NCBI GenBank assembly: GCA_030390025.1
Contig: CM059432.1
Coordinates: 123,258,001 to 123,322,000 of the forward strand
DNA length: 64,000 nucleotides
Reading direction: 5' to 3'
DNA from: Squalus acanthias
Taxonomy: Eukaryota
In this document: positions 49,858 through 62,424 of the stretch, one piece after another
Numbering within the stretch: the stretch's first letter is position 1
Layout of the letters: each line of letters begins with the position of its first letter
The notes under the pieces: model-generated
Told to the model about the DNA's origin: nothing
Seen by the model: the letters and a program-made list of their open reading frames with translations, nothing else
The model's database searches: none
Program-made: the position numbers and the translations under genes

Positions 49858-50278
49858 GCTTTTCTTGATATATATTAATGACTTGGACGTGGGTGTACAG
49901 GGCAGAATTTCAAAATTTGCAGATGACACAAAACTTGGAGGCATAGTGAACAGTGAGGAGGAGAGTGATAGACTTCAGGAAGATATAGACAGGCTGGTGC
50001 AATGGGTGGACACGTGGCAGATGAAATTTAACACAGAAAAGTATGAAGTGATAAATTTTGGTAGAAAGAATGAGGAAAGGAAATATAAACTAAATGGTAC
50101 AATCCTGAAGGGAATGCACGAAGAGAGAGACCTGGGCTTCATAAATAGAGGTATAGAGTACAAAAGTGTGGAAATTATGATGAACTTGTATAAAACACTG
50201 CTTTGGCCCCAACCGGAGTACTGTGTCCAATTCTAGGCACCACACTTTAGGAAGGACGTGAAGGCCTTAAAGAGGGTG

Positions 50279-51389
50279 TGTGAAGGAATAAGCCATATAA
50301 CCTATTCAGAAATTCTGGCCTTATTAAAACATGACAAACTGGGTTTGGAAATTTAGAAACCTAACTATGAAATCATTCTGCCTATTGAGATAAGATAGTT
50401 GTTGACCCTGGATAAATAACCTTATTGAAACAGAAGGTGCAGGCTCCGACAGGCTGACCTTTTGGGAACAAAACAATGGTTTGCCCTGGATAAGGTGTTC
50501 TAATTTAAACTTCGTAAAGATGGTACATAAGATAAGGAACATCTGCCCTCGTAAAGATGACATAAAGTAAGGAACACCTGCTGTCACACTGTTTTTATAT
50601 GGTAAACTCAGAACACCTGGAGATGAGACAAGATTCTGTAATGCTACCAGCTGAGGTGGCAGTAAGAATTGCAGAGGTCGGCAGAAAGATAACTAGGGAT
50701 AATTAGCTTACATTAGCAGAAAACCTTAAAGGAAATACCACTGGAAAAGGGTATAAATATTGAACTCCCAAATGAGATAGCAGACTCGCTTTAATCGGGC
50801 AAAGCGATTCTCGGCTTGAGGCGGCTCTGTAGTCTACCACTCTTTGTACCTCGGGGATCAAAGGTATTTGATATTGATGGATATCCTGTATAGAGAACTT
50901 TAAGAACTGTAATAATGTAGTGAAGTTAAGATTTAAAAGTAAGATTCTCTGTTAATAATAAGATAGCATTTTTTCTCTTTTTAGAACGGTTAATGTTGCG
51001 ATTGACTGATTCACCAACTGTAAATTGCATGTCGGTTCTTTACTAAATCTATATATTTTTAGAATTGTCTCACATAAGACTTCTGTATCAAAAACTCACA
51101 AACTCAATCTCTGTACACTCTTTGGTGAGGAGTTGCAGAATTCTGAGGGAGTTTCCTGGACCCTCCTAATACCCGGAAAGTTACAGTCTAGCTAAACTTA
51201 TTAAAAGCGTTATCTGGAGGACGGTAACATTCTCGGGTTGTTCCTTTCCTTTAGGGAGAGATAGCCCGGACCTTTAGACTCAATTTTTAGGATTCGGCTA
51301 CCTCAAACTTTAGTTGAAAGTGAACGTCTGAGAAATACACCTGATCCAGGGTAGCCCTAAAGGGGCTAGGACTAGTAAATAGCCCTTCA
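50279..51389 (+). mobile_element. Solo LTR (ERV-like) inserted in CR1 ORF2
   Basis: (TG)TGAAGG...CCTTCA termini, flanks GGTG/GTTG splitting the CR1 codons AGG GTG CAG. TATAAA at 50752, ATTAAA at ~51200, tandem cgtaaagatg...taaggaacayctgc repeats at 50513-50581. Confidence 0.8.
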
Positions 51390-52240
51390 GTTGCAGAAAA
51401 GATTTACGAGAATTATTCCAGGAATGCGGGACTTCAGTTACGTGGATAGACTAGAGAAGCTGGGGTTATTCTCCTTGGAGCAGAGAAGATTGAGAGGAGA
51501 TTTGATAGAGGTGTTCAAAATCATGAGGGGTCTGGACAGAGTAGATAGAGAGAAACTGTTCCCATTGACAGAAGGGTTGAGAACCAGAGGACACAGATTT
51601 AAGGTGATTGGCGAAAGAACCAAAGGAGACATAAGAAAAAACTTTTTTACGCAGCGCGTGGTTAAGATCTGGAATGCTCTGCCTGAAAGGGTGGTGGAGG
51701 CAGATTCAATCATGGCTTTCGAAAGGGAGTGGGATAAATATCTGAAGGAAAGAAATTTGCAGGGCTACGGGGAAAGGGCGGGGGAGTGGGACTAGCTGAA
51801 GTGCTCTTGCAGAGAGCCGGCACAGGCATGATGGGCCGAAAGGCCTCCTTCTGTGCTGTAACCATTCTATGATATTAAAGAACGGAAGGGATACTTTTCT
51901 AACTTCGCATTTCTGGTGGGGAGCTTTGTCTGCCAACAGTGCGTATCTAATCTGCACCATTAATTTAAATGGTTGGAAAATTATGCTCAGAGCGAGCCCA
52001 AATTTCCAAAATGCATTATGGTGGGCAAGGCTCCCAGCCAGAAGCGCAAAGACAGAAGACGATGTACACTTTGCCCTGGTTTCCTGGCATGCTGAATTCT
52101 AAAAAGGGTACACTGATGAAATGGCCTGCTTGACACAGTTTAAGCATCTTTCTATTTCCTTCATTGTGCAAAAAAAAGAATAAAAATTACTCTCTATTTT
52201 CAAAACCCAATAACTCTGAATACCTTATCTGAAATTTAAA

Positions 52241-52650
52241 GAAAGAAAGACTTGCATTTCTATAGCACCTTTCATGACCAGCCAATGAAGTACTTTTCAA
52301 AGTGCAGTCATTGTTGTAATGTAGGAAACGCGGCAGCCAATTTGCGCACAGCAAGCTCCCACAAACAGCAATGTGATAATGACCAGATAATCTGTTTTTT
52401 AGTGATGTTGACTGAGGGATAAATATTGGCCAGGACACCGGGGATAACTCCCCTGCTCTTCGAAATAGCGCCATAGGACCTTTTACCTGAGAGGGCAGAC
52501 GGGGCCTCGGTTTAACGTCTCATCCGAAAGATGGCACCTCCGACAGTGCAGCACTCCCTCAGCACTGTCAACCTAGATTTTTGTGCTCAAGTCTCTGGAG
52601 TGGGACTATGAACCCACAATCTGACTCTGACTCAGAGCCATGGCTGACAC
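52241..52650 (-). mobile_element. Deu-domain SINE (partial duplicate at 53651-53903)
   Basis: Same family as 22825-23268. Confidence 0.8.
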
Positions 52651-53507
52651 ATTTAGTGGTTTCTCCAGTGCCTGAGTGTTGCATTTAATGTCCTTTTTGG
52701 GTCCCGTCTTCTCACAGTGCACTATAAGTGAGATACCTCTTAGTAAATGGGAGTGCAGAATAAGTAGAAGCAGTTAGCCTGGATTTTCCACTGCCGGACA
52801 CCCATTGTAGCATTGTGAATTGGGCAGCTGTAGTGGAAAATGAGCAGATGTTCAGTCCCTCTGGAACTTCTCTTTCTCTGTGCCACAGTGTAGTTTCCAT
52901 GGGGTAGAGAGTAAGGCTCACCTAATCGAGTAGTTTGAAAGATGGAAGTCAACAATATCTAGGATAAAAAAGGTAAAAGAACCAAAACCGTGATGCGCAC
53001 CACTAAGATATGTGAACGCCTGACTAACTATAATCTTGGTACTTCTTGGGAAGCACCGCAATCACAGTATGTCGAACTTTCAGTAGCCCTGCATGGATGA
53101 AGGCATGCCAGGTTATTCTGATTAGTCACATCTGCCACACCTGAAACACTTACCTGGAACTGACCACGGGGTACTGTCTTTACAGGGTCCACGTTAGTAG
53201 AAAGCCAGATGCAGAGCTGTGCCATCTGCTGCAAACAGCTACCATGCTGCATAGGACTGGTACAGCCAGTGACAGTAACGGTGAGCAATGGCTTGAACCT
53301 TGACTGTGCCTCCTTCCAGGCTTGCTACAATGCTGACTTATGGGGATGATGCCACACAGTGGCATAAAGGGCCATCTTCTGCACAACCACCTCCTGCAGT
53401 ACCACCTCTACTTCAACAGCCATCAAACAAGGGGTCGGGTCACTTGCCTGTAGACTTGTGCTTGCATCTTCGGTTTCTTTTCCATTCATTTCTGTCTGGC
53501 ATTTCTT

Positions 53508-53650
53508 AGAAACATAGAACATAGAAAAATAGGAGCAAGAGTAGGCCATTCGAGCCTGCTCCGCCATTCAATATGATCATGGCTGATCCTCCATCTCAAT
53601 ACCATATTCCCGCTCTCTCCCCATACCCCTTGATGCCTTTTGTGTCTAGA
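53508..53650 (-). mobile_element. CR1 3' tail fragment
   Basis: agaaacatagaacatagaaaaataggagcaagagtaggccattcg. Confidence 0.75.
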
Positions 53651-54476
53651 TGTTAATTGAGGGATAAATATTGGCTAGGACACCGGGGATAACTCCCCTG
53701 CTCTTCTTCGAAATAGTGCCATAGGACCTTTTACCTGAGAGAGCAGATGGGGCCTCGGTTTAACGTCTCATCTGAAAGACGGCACCTCTGACAGTACAGC
53801 GCTCCCTCAGCACTGCACTGGAGTGTCAGCCTAGATTTTTTTGCTCAAGTCTCTGGAGTGGGACTTGAACCCACAACCTTCTGACTCAGAGCCACGGATG
53901 ACACATTTAGTGGTTTCTCCAGTGCCTGAGTATTGCATTTAATGCCCTTTTTGGGTCTTAGTCCCTTTCCCCCAGCACAGGCTGTAAATACATGGAAATG
54001 CCTTCTGAACTTTTTCAGAATTTTTGCCCCCCTATTCTGACTCTCCCCTTTAATTGTGCCCTACTCTTTAAATTTCACAGACACGCAATTTTCTGCTCCC
54101 GCCACCGGTGAGCTCTCTGGACCTGTCTAAATCTGCACCTGAAGCTATGCTAACGACCCGACTGTGGAACACACTTCCATTTGAGTCTGTTTGAAACCTA
54201 CAGCTAGCCATTCTTGTCTAAACGGCGCCAATCTAGGCGTTTTTGTCTTCCCAAAATAGCCTGTGTCATAAAATTTTAATTGGACTGCATATGTACCAGT
54301 ATTTGCCAATATTTTATTAATGAAATGGTGTTTTGCACCAGATATGCTGAAAATTTCAGAAATGTTTTATCTCTCCCAATTTATATGCTGTGAAAGCGGG
54401 CCAGTGTTGTTCAGTACCGAAGCAGGAAGCAATTAGTTGGAGAAGTAGATCAGGTAATTAATAAAAGAATATTAAT

Positions 54477-55183
54477 GGCCCGGAATTTGTGGTCAGCAGC
54501 GAAGCGAAGACGATTGCCACTGGCCCCGAAGTACGCTCCACACAAGGATCTCGCAATCCCTGTGTAGAGAACTTCAGGTTTGCCGACCTACAATTCAATT
54601 CAACGGGACTTAATGGGGATCCCCCTCTGCGAGCTGCTGTGACGTCAACAGGTTGTCTAAGCAGCCAATCAAAAGGCAGAATTCCCACAGACAGCGAACA
54701 AGGAAGTGAGTAAGCCCTTAAAATTCTAACTTTTTAAAATAGTTAGAGAGAGCAAAAGAAAGATTGGGGTCCTCACATGGGGAAAAGGCAAACCTGAAAT
54801 AAAAAGATGCACAAACTTAAAAAAAAATGTTTTTGAAAAGTTTCTTAAAAATTTTATTTTTTATTAAAATGGACAAATTTCACACTGCACAAAATTAAAA
54901 TTAGTTTTCCAGGTTCTTAACATTTGTTTAGCAGTCAATACTCTGTTGAAACCCTAGTTACACACAATCCCTTTGGGTCTAACTTTTAGTGGGGAACTTA
55001 ACAGCGTAATTACTGCGGAAGAGCCGAAGTTTTTGGCAGCTTCAATGATTTACGAGATTTCACTGATCGCTGGCTCTGTGGTGGGGGGAGGGGGGGGGGG
55101 GGAGCTCAATGCAGCTAGTTTCGGAGCCGTCATTGACAGACTGTCTGAGAGTACGCCGTCATACTGACCGCAAATTCAGGGCC
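54477..55183. mobile_element. Harbinger-type MITE
   Basis: TIRs GGCCCGGAATTTGTGGTCAG / CTGACCGCAAATTCAGGGCC, flanks AAT/ATT. Confidence 0.8.
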
Positions 55184-55730
55184 ATTGTCATACAGTGGAA
55201 TCTTATTAGATGTCCTGGTTCAACAAGGCAGAGAAAAAGAGCAGCTTACAGGGAGATCCGTATGGAACAGGGCAGACTGTGCCAGTGCTAACATGTAGCT
55301 TCAAGACTGCTGCAACAGTTGCGACTCGCATTGTGCTGCCACAATTGCTGAAGCTAACCTAGTCGGCATACATGTCACAGAGTTTAAAAAGACCTGTGGC
55401 ACTTTGTAGTCTAGTCGAGAGAGGTGCTAAATTGACCAATTTTGAAAAAACCCTGCAGCATCAACACTGGAAGAACTGCAGAATTGCAACAAATCTTCTC
55501 TGACAGCAACAACCTGCAATTGCCTGCTCACTGAGAAGTGCCTGCGATTGGATTTTCACAACTTGCTGGCTCAATGACTGACAGACACTGGCAGAGATGT
55601 AAAGACTGTCCTCTTGTGACCTCCATACCATAAATACATAATTAGTATTATTTCTAAGTTCATATTTTTGCTGACATGTTCTGGTCCCATCAAAGAAGCT
55701 GATGTCAATACTGGGGTCAATGCTAGGGAA

Positions 55731-56072
55731 TAAAGAAAGAAGAAAGGGCGGCATTTATATAGCACCTTATATATCGCTGAAATATTCCAAAACATACAAT
55801 GAATTACTTTGAAGTGGAGCATTTGTTGTTATCTAGGCAAACACGGTGGTCATTTTACACACATCAAAATCCCACAAACAACCACAAAATGTTCATCTGC
55901 TTTGGTTGAAGGAGGAATGTTTGCTGGGACACTAGGGGGAACGCCGTGTTCTTCTTCAAATAGTACAATGGGATTTTTAATGTCCACCTGAACCACTGGA
56001 GCAGGCAGATGGGGCGTCAGGTTGGACAACACTTCTGACAATGCAGTATTCAGTCAGTACTGCACTGGAGTA
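55731..56072 (-). mobile_element. Old Deu-domain SINE
   Basis: Diverged copy: aaagaaagaagaaagggcggcatttatatagcacc...ttcttcaaatagtacaatgggattttt. Confidence 0.6.
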
Positions 56073-56914
56073 GAGTATAGCATTTTTCCCACTTTTAGCA
56101 TCCAGTGTCAACATCAAGCACGAGCTAGATGTACAGTAAAGTTCCCTTTAGTCTCCTCCAATTTTTAAAATTTTATTTTCACCTCTCCCAAACCCAGTAA
56201 ACGTAACTGGGTACGGTTACATAACCAATAACAACTCTCCAGTCCATAGCCCAAGGGCCATTCTTCATGGGTGACTCTTGTAGTGAGTATCCGGTTTTGG
56301 ACCCTATCACAACCGAGCCTGACACATTCATTATTTGAATTCTACACACATACACTCCCATCTGTTGCCTATCGCAAGTAACTGACAGTTTTCCAATGTC
56401 TCATATCTGACATATTATTCTACTTCTAATGTGGAAATTACCAGTAAAATACAGCATATGACGTCTCTGAAAACCCTCTGTTCATTTCATGTAATGTTGA
56501 TATTCTCAGAACTTTCATCAGAACCCCTGTCATAATCTCATTGTCATTCCTGTGGATTTTGACAAAGTTTGTGCACTGATTGATAAAGTAAACAATGTCC
56601 ACTAACATCTCAATAAATGGCATTAGCAGATAAAAAAAACCTCACACAGCAAACCATGCCAGCTGGTGGCATCCAAACTTCGGACATACATTGTATGAAG
56701 TGGGAGATCTGTAGCACTGGGCTAACCCTGGGGCTCTGATGACCTTATAAGTCAATGGAGCATTGATCTTGTGATCTGTAATGTCATTAGAATGTCTCAG
56801 ATGTATCCTAATCTTGTCACACACTCTCCCACGCATATTCTATTCGCCATTTAATGTACATTTCTCCATCTATTGTATTGTATGGTATTTGGAGATTTTA
56901 ATGGCATTTTTTTA

Positions 56915-57360
56915 AACTCATTCCTGGGATGTGGGCGTCGTTGGCAAGGCCAGCGATTATTGCCCATCCCTAATTGCCCTTGAGAAGGTGGTGGTGAGCT
57001 GCCTTCTTGAACCGCTGCAGTCCGTGTGGTGAGGGTACTCCCACAGTGCTGTTAGGGAGGGAGTTCCAGGATTTTGACCCAGCAACGATGAAGGAACGCC
57101 GATATATTTCCAAGTCAGGATGGTGTGTAACTTGGAGGGGAACTTGGAGGTGATGGTGTTCCCATGCACCTGCTGCCCTTGTCCTTCTAGGTGGTAGAGG
57201 TCACGGGTTTGGGAGGTGCTGCCGAAGAAGCCTTGGCGAGTTGCTGCAGTGCATCTTGTAGATGGTACACACTGCAGCCACGGTATGCTGGTGGTGGAGG
57301 GAGTGAATGTTTAAGGTGGTGGATGGGGTGCCAATTAAGTGGGCTGCTTTGTCCTGGATG
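56915..57360 (-). mobile_element. Non-LTR retrotransposon 3' end
   Basis: Highly similar to 21940-22310. Confidence 0.78.
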
Positions 57361-58359
57361 GGACGCTATGATGTAAATCCCGTGCCTTTTTAAGAAACAA
57401 CAACAAATAGTTGAATCTGGTTTGAATAGTGAAATACCATCATAAAAGGCATTGCTTGCTCCCTAGATTTCCAGCAACCCACAATTTAATTATGGGGCCG
57501 ATAATGACATTTGGGTGCAGCAACACTGGGACCTCAGCTCTTCAAGTGCTACGTGTGGCTGCATTCCATTGAGCTGGTCTCACACTACCATGCAAGGACG
57601 CCTCTTTTAAATAAATATTTGCCACTCTTTATAGCACACGGCATGTTGGGAGCCTGCAGCCCTTCACGAACTGCTGATATAGAGAAGGGTGGATCATTTT
57701 TGGAGGAGAAGGGCATCCTCCAGTTAAGAGCAGCAGCAGCAGCAGCAGCATGAAAAAAATCCTTCGCACTCCTGCCCGGTGGCCCCTCCCCCGATGCCAC
57801 CTTTGCCTCATGCCCTACATGTCCTCCTGCCCAGTATCTGGTATCCCTCTCCCATGCCAGAAAATCACCCTGCATAGAATGGGCATCCAGCAGCCCTTCA
57901 CAAACTGCTGGCGCCATAACTTCCAAGCCCTGGAGCTCCCAACATGCCAAGAGCTACATGCTGACTGCCAGAACATTGGCACAGTGTTTGAACAGCACCG
58001 ACACTGTACTATCGGCCCCAGAAGGCTAATGCTGCCACACCTATGGCCTGAACCTGGGAGCGGATGAGGAAGACACTTGCTAAGCTATGCATATTTGCCA
58101 AGGTTTGCATAATATTGTCCTGCAAAGCACTTTCATAGTACTTCATTAATACGATGGTGCAGCAACACAGCAACAAGGCACGGCTCTTCAGCAACTGTTC
58201 ATTTACTTTCCAAATACACAGGCATGCTCATGTTTTACCACAGCACTCTGCACTGTTGCCATTACACTGAATTTTCTCTGTGATCCTGAAATGCGACAAG
58301 TAACACACACCATGTATACTGCCCTCACAAGATGCCTGTATATGGCATACTAACACACT

Positions 58360-58546
58360 GGGGTAGAAATTCATCTTTGGCGGTATCTTAAAATGGGAGG
58401 TATCGAATAGATCACCTGCTAAACACCCTGCCCGATAGTCATGTCCATTGAAGTCAATGGAACTGAATATCCTGCGGGGCGTATAATGAGCAGGCCTGTG
58501 TGATACTGCCCCTTTTACTCTACCGTCCAATACAAATTTCCATCCC
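58360..58546. mobile_element. Short palindromic MITE
   Basis: GGGGTAGAAATT...AATTTCCATCCC, centre CCATTGAAGTCAATGG, TSD ACT. Confidence 0.7.
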
Positions 58547-59466
58547 ACTATATAGGACAGCTGTGCTGTTGGCATTAAGGCCACGCACATTTTCTCTTGT
58601 ACTCCTTATTCCAATTCCTATTCCTATTGTGCCAGCTTGGCTCAGAGCTAGCCTTCTCACCTCACTTCTGACTCAGAGGGTTGTGGGCTCCAACCTACAA
58701 CACATTGGAGAATTTGCAGCAGAATTGTATGCCGCCACTCTAACTGGAGGGCATAAATATAAGGTCATTACCAAAAGAACAAAGCGAAAGCCTAGGAGAA
58801 TTTTTCTTTCACACAGAGGGTCATTGAGATAGAGAATGCTCTAACAGAAACACGATGGGGAATGGTACTAAGTCAATAGCTCTTTCAAAGAGCCAGGATG
58901 GGTGTGATGGGCCAAACAGCCTCCTTCTGCACTGTAAAATCATCTCCACATCATTTATCATGCAGCCTTCGCTTTGCCAATGGAAAAAGTGTCAGGATTT
59001 TCCAGTACAAGGACTAACATGTCTGAATATCAGTAGCAAAGCTAGCCATTACCACCAAGAGGATGTTGTAGCTGTTGCAAGAGTGCCAACCATATGTTCC
59101 ACAGCTCGCAAGCCTATACCACTCAGATAGAAAGAAACAATGGTCGTTAACTGTTTCTTAGTAAAGACTGCTAACAGAAATTGTTTTTCTAATGGTGATC
59201 CAATTTGGTTTTCACTCCTTCAATAACTTGTTTGACACTTTTGCCTTAACACCAGGAAACTCTTCTGGAGAATCATGGTCATAAGCATTCATCCTAGAAC
59301 TCAATAGCACAGAAATTTGGAGCACCAACATGCTGGGCCACAACAATGCCCAAAGCATATCTCTGTAGATCTTCAACTTTAGTGGCCCAGTTTTATATAG
59401 GAAACTGGCAAAGTGCAGGATGGGAAAAGACTCTGTGGTCCATCTGGCTAGACCCAAAAAAACAAT

Positions 59467-60119
59467 GGGGTTCCTCGGGGCGGGATTGGTGTGTGGGGGG
59501 CTCGAATTTATGAAGGGTGCAACGCCCGACCGATTCTAATGGCCGGGCCTCCTTTAAGTATTTCAAATCTGTCTCCCGCCCAAAGCTGGTGGGAATGATA
59601 TCAGGGCCCGCGGGCAGGAGCAGGAATTTAGGTGAGAGCCAGATGCTGCTGGGGACCCAAGAGAACGGACCCTGGCATAAGCATAAGGGCTGGGGGGGGG
59701 GGCTGGAGGGCATGGCGGGGAGGGTGTTCATACACTGGAGAGGGAGATGGAAGACAGGGGCTGGGGAGGTTCAAAGATTCATTCCGGGGCCCGGAGGAGA
59801 CTGATTCCCAAGGAACCTGCCCAAATACCAAAAAATAAAACTTACCTTGGCCTCTTCTGGCCACTCTGCTGTTGTCTGCCAGGTTTCTCTGGTAGCCTTG
59901 CCACCAGGTGGGCATCCCCCTCCACCGAGTGGCAGTCGAAATAGCGTTGTGGTGGTGATGGCGTCATCGGGTCACGATTTTGACATTGTAATTTGGCTCC
60001 CACCTGCAGGCACCAGGCAGGAACAGAGAGACCTCGGCCCGATAAGTGGGCTCGGCAGATTTTAAACCCTCCCACACACCGTTCCCATCCTGTGCGCGGA
60101 GGGGGGATAAAATCAACCC
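59467..60119. mobile_element. Decayed Harbinger-type MITE
   Basis: Right end ATAAAATCAACCC, AAT on both flanks, left TIR partly lost. Confidence 0.5.
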
Positions 60120-60990
60120 AATAACTCTCAATCACCTCCTTCCGCAATGTCTATCCAATTCTCTGTTAGATCTTTCCACATTATCTGCCTCCACTACCTT
60201 GCTGAGCAGTCTGTTCGACACATTCACCAACCCAATCGTAAAGTAGGTAAATCTGAACTGTCCTAGCACCTTCCCTCTTCCAAGCCTGCACCCATGTCCC
60301 TTGGTTCTAGAGACTGTGGCGATCATTTCAATTATCTCCTTATGCATCTTAACTATACTGCAGTTTATGAATTAATATGGTACAAAATTGCAACACCAGC
60401 GGAGAGTGAAGTTGCCAAAATGATGCGTATCCAATTCTTGCAAGGTCCATTTGAGAGCTCAAGGAGATAGTTGCACTGGCTGCAATATAACTGCAAACTA
60501 TCTGTTATTCCAGATTCCTCCATGGGATGAGAATGACACTTGCATCTGGGTCGAATGCGAAGGGGTGAAATTGACCACGACAGGGTCTTTTCAAGCATAC
60601 TAACGTGGTAGGTTATCCAATAGGCTGACCATGGAGAAGCACTGATGACATCAGCAGAGATGCTGACCGGCAGTTGCATCTCACCGTGTGAATAAGAACG
60701 GTACAAATTGAGGTGGAGAGACAATACTAGGGGGAAAAACAAGACCAGTGCATTCCAGACTACAGCACAGCGCATGTCAGTTCTTAACAGAGTAAAAGTT
60801 GCTCACCCCAGATCGATACTCGGTGTGTGTTAGTCAAGGTGGCATCATAAACAATGCGTGAAAAATGTACAAACAAGATTCACACATATAACAGAAACAA
60901 TTTTAGCAAAATGGTTCCAAACCAAGACCTAAAAGTGTTCAATATCTTTATTGATTCAGTGAAGAATGGTCGGTAAATATATGGGCCTAC

Positions 60991-61110
60991 CATTTTGTTC
61001 TCTTTGAACACCGGCTGCTAGTAGGTCTGGCTCCCCAAAGCTGATGTCATTGAGTCTGGATCCTAAGCATTCAATGGAAAGAAGCTTACACCATTCCTCT
61101 GCCTCCAGCT
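60991..61110 (-). CDS. DOK6: Docking protein 6, internal coding exon (end of PH domain and linker; equivalent to mammalian exon 4)
   Basis: Translates (E)[39 protein letters not shown], matching recalled DOK6 [40 protein letters not shown]. Acceptor ttgttcacag|AG, donor AATG|gtaggc. 120 nt, phase 1-1. Confidence 0.95.
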
Positions 61111-62424
61111 CTGTGAACAAACACATGGCAACACATAAGATCATCACACCCTGCCACTGTTCAGAGTTATAATGTTAATGTTAAGTAGAAGGATTAGCAA
61201 TGAAAGACATCTGCAGCTTGAGGTATTTAGATTTTAGTTCACACATCATTTGATTGGTGAGTCCTGAAGCCTGTTTGGATTAATTTATATAATGTCTGTG
61301 TACCTTTTTACCTGAGACCGAAATCAGCCAGATTTGGTCACCAAAACGGATGTTAGACCAATATAAACAAATTAACCAGTTCAAGTTTGAAGACCATTTT
61401 AATTACAGAAATGGTCAGAATTAAAGTTGACAATTTTTAATATAATTCAGATTGATTTTTACTCTATCATGATGTGTTTAGTATAACAATCAAATCACAT
61501 TCAATACTGGGATCACACAACCATCAATACATTAGAGGCACAGCGATAAGCTGGGGCTCTTACATCCTTCGGCAAGCAACAATTACAACAACATCAGCTT
61601 AACCTACATTTAGGCCTCACTACAAACTGACAATAAATCAGCCCACTGCGACAACGATGAGTATATTATTGGGACACATGAGTCATACAATCTTCGAACA
61701 TACGAGTGGATGTTCCGTTTGTTGCTAATAGTAAGTCGGAGCATACACCTTTTTGTAAGGACAGAAGTGTTGTACCATGTCACACACAATTCTGCAGCTA
61801 AGATGGACTTATGTTTGATCTGGTCTGTCTATTTAAAACTACAAAGTCAACTGGGGTGAATATACACATCCTCAGGTTAATTAGAGATCTATTGCTTTCT
61901 TTCACTTCTTTTTAAATTCAATCGTTTTTTTTCTTCTGAGAGACGTCAACCTTAATGGTCCAGTTTTATACATGAACTGACTTCAATGGAAAAGAGAATC
62001 GGGCGGGTTGCGAAACAGGCTACCGATTCGCAATCGTCCATTTTGCGCTACTGCCCAATGACCAATTTCATCTATTTATTCATTTGTAGCTTCCTTATCT
62101 GTTCAATTTTGACTTGTCATGAAGGTGATAGTTGAGTCAACCAGGTGCAAGTGTAACACAGAGGCTCGGACTGTCTTCAGTTGTATTTCGGTAGTAATGG
62201 GGCAGGAAAATGGGTAAAGGGCAGGTGCACCTGCTGCCATCGATAGGGACCACTTAAGGGATTTACTGTTGGAAATGTTGGTGGGCGTTGAAAGTAGGTG
62301 ATAATGGCAGAGTGGCGTCATACATCACAATGTTAGACACTAATAATGCAAGCAGGTTACTGGAGTCCAGCATTACTAAGGGCCAGCAGGAAGCCCTTCA
62401 AATTGTAAAGCCTCCTCTCCTTAC

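Larger units (their letters stand above)
47910..51872 (+). mobile_element. CR1 LINE ORF2 (end of endonuclease to 3' tail), interrupted by an RTE copy and a solo LTR
   Basis: EHLGNSDHSIIRF, YRPVSLTSVV, DFQKAFDK, KFADDTKLGG, LEQRRLRGDLIEVFK, tail ccattctatgat. Confidence 0.95.

Noticed and set aside
53028..53500. Old LINE remnant with a CDCGA zinc-knuckle-like motif on the minus strand
   Set aside because: Only one short motif is recognisable, too decayed to classify without a search.
57480..58230. Possible very old Harbinger transposase 5' remnant
   Set aside because: Faint resemblance only, with no TIRs or catalytic motifs recoverable by eye.
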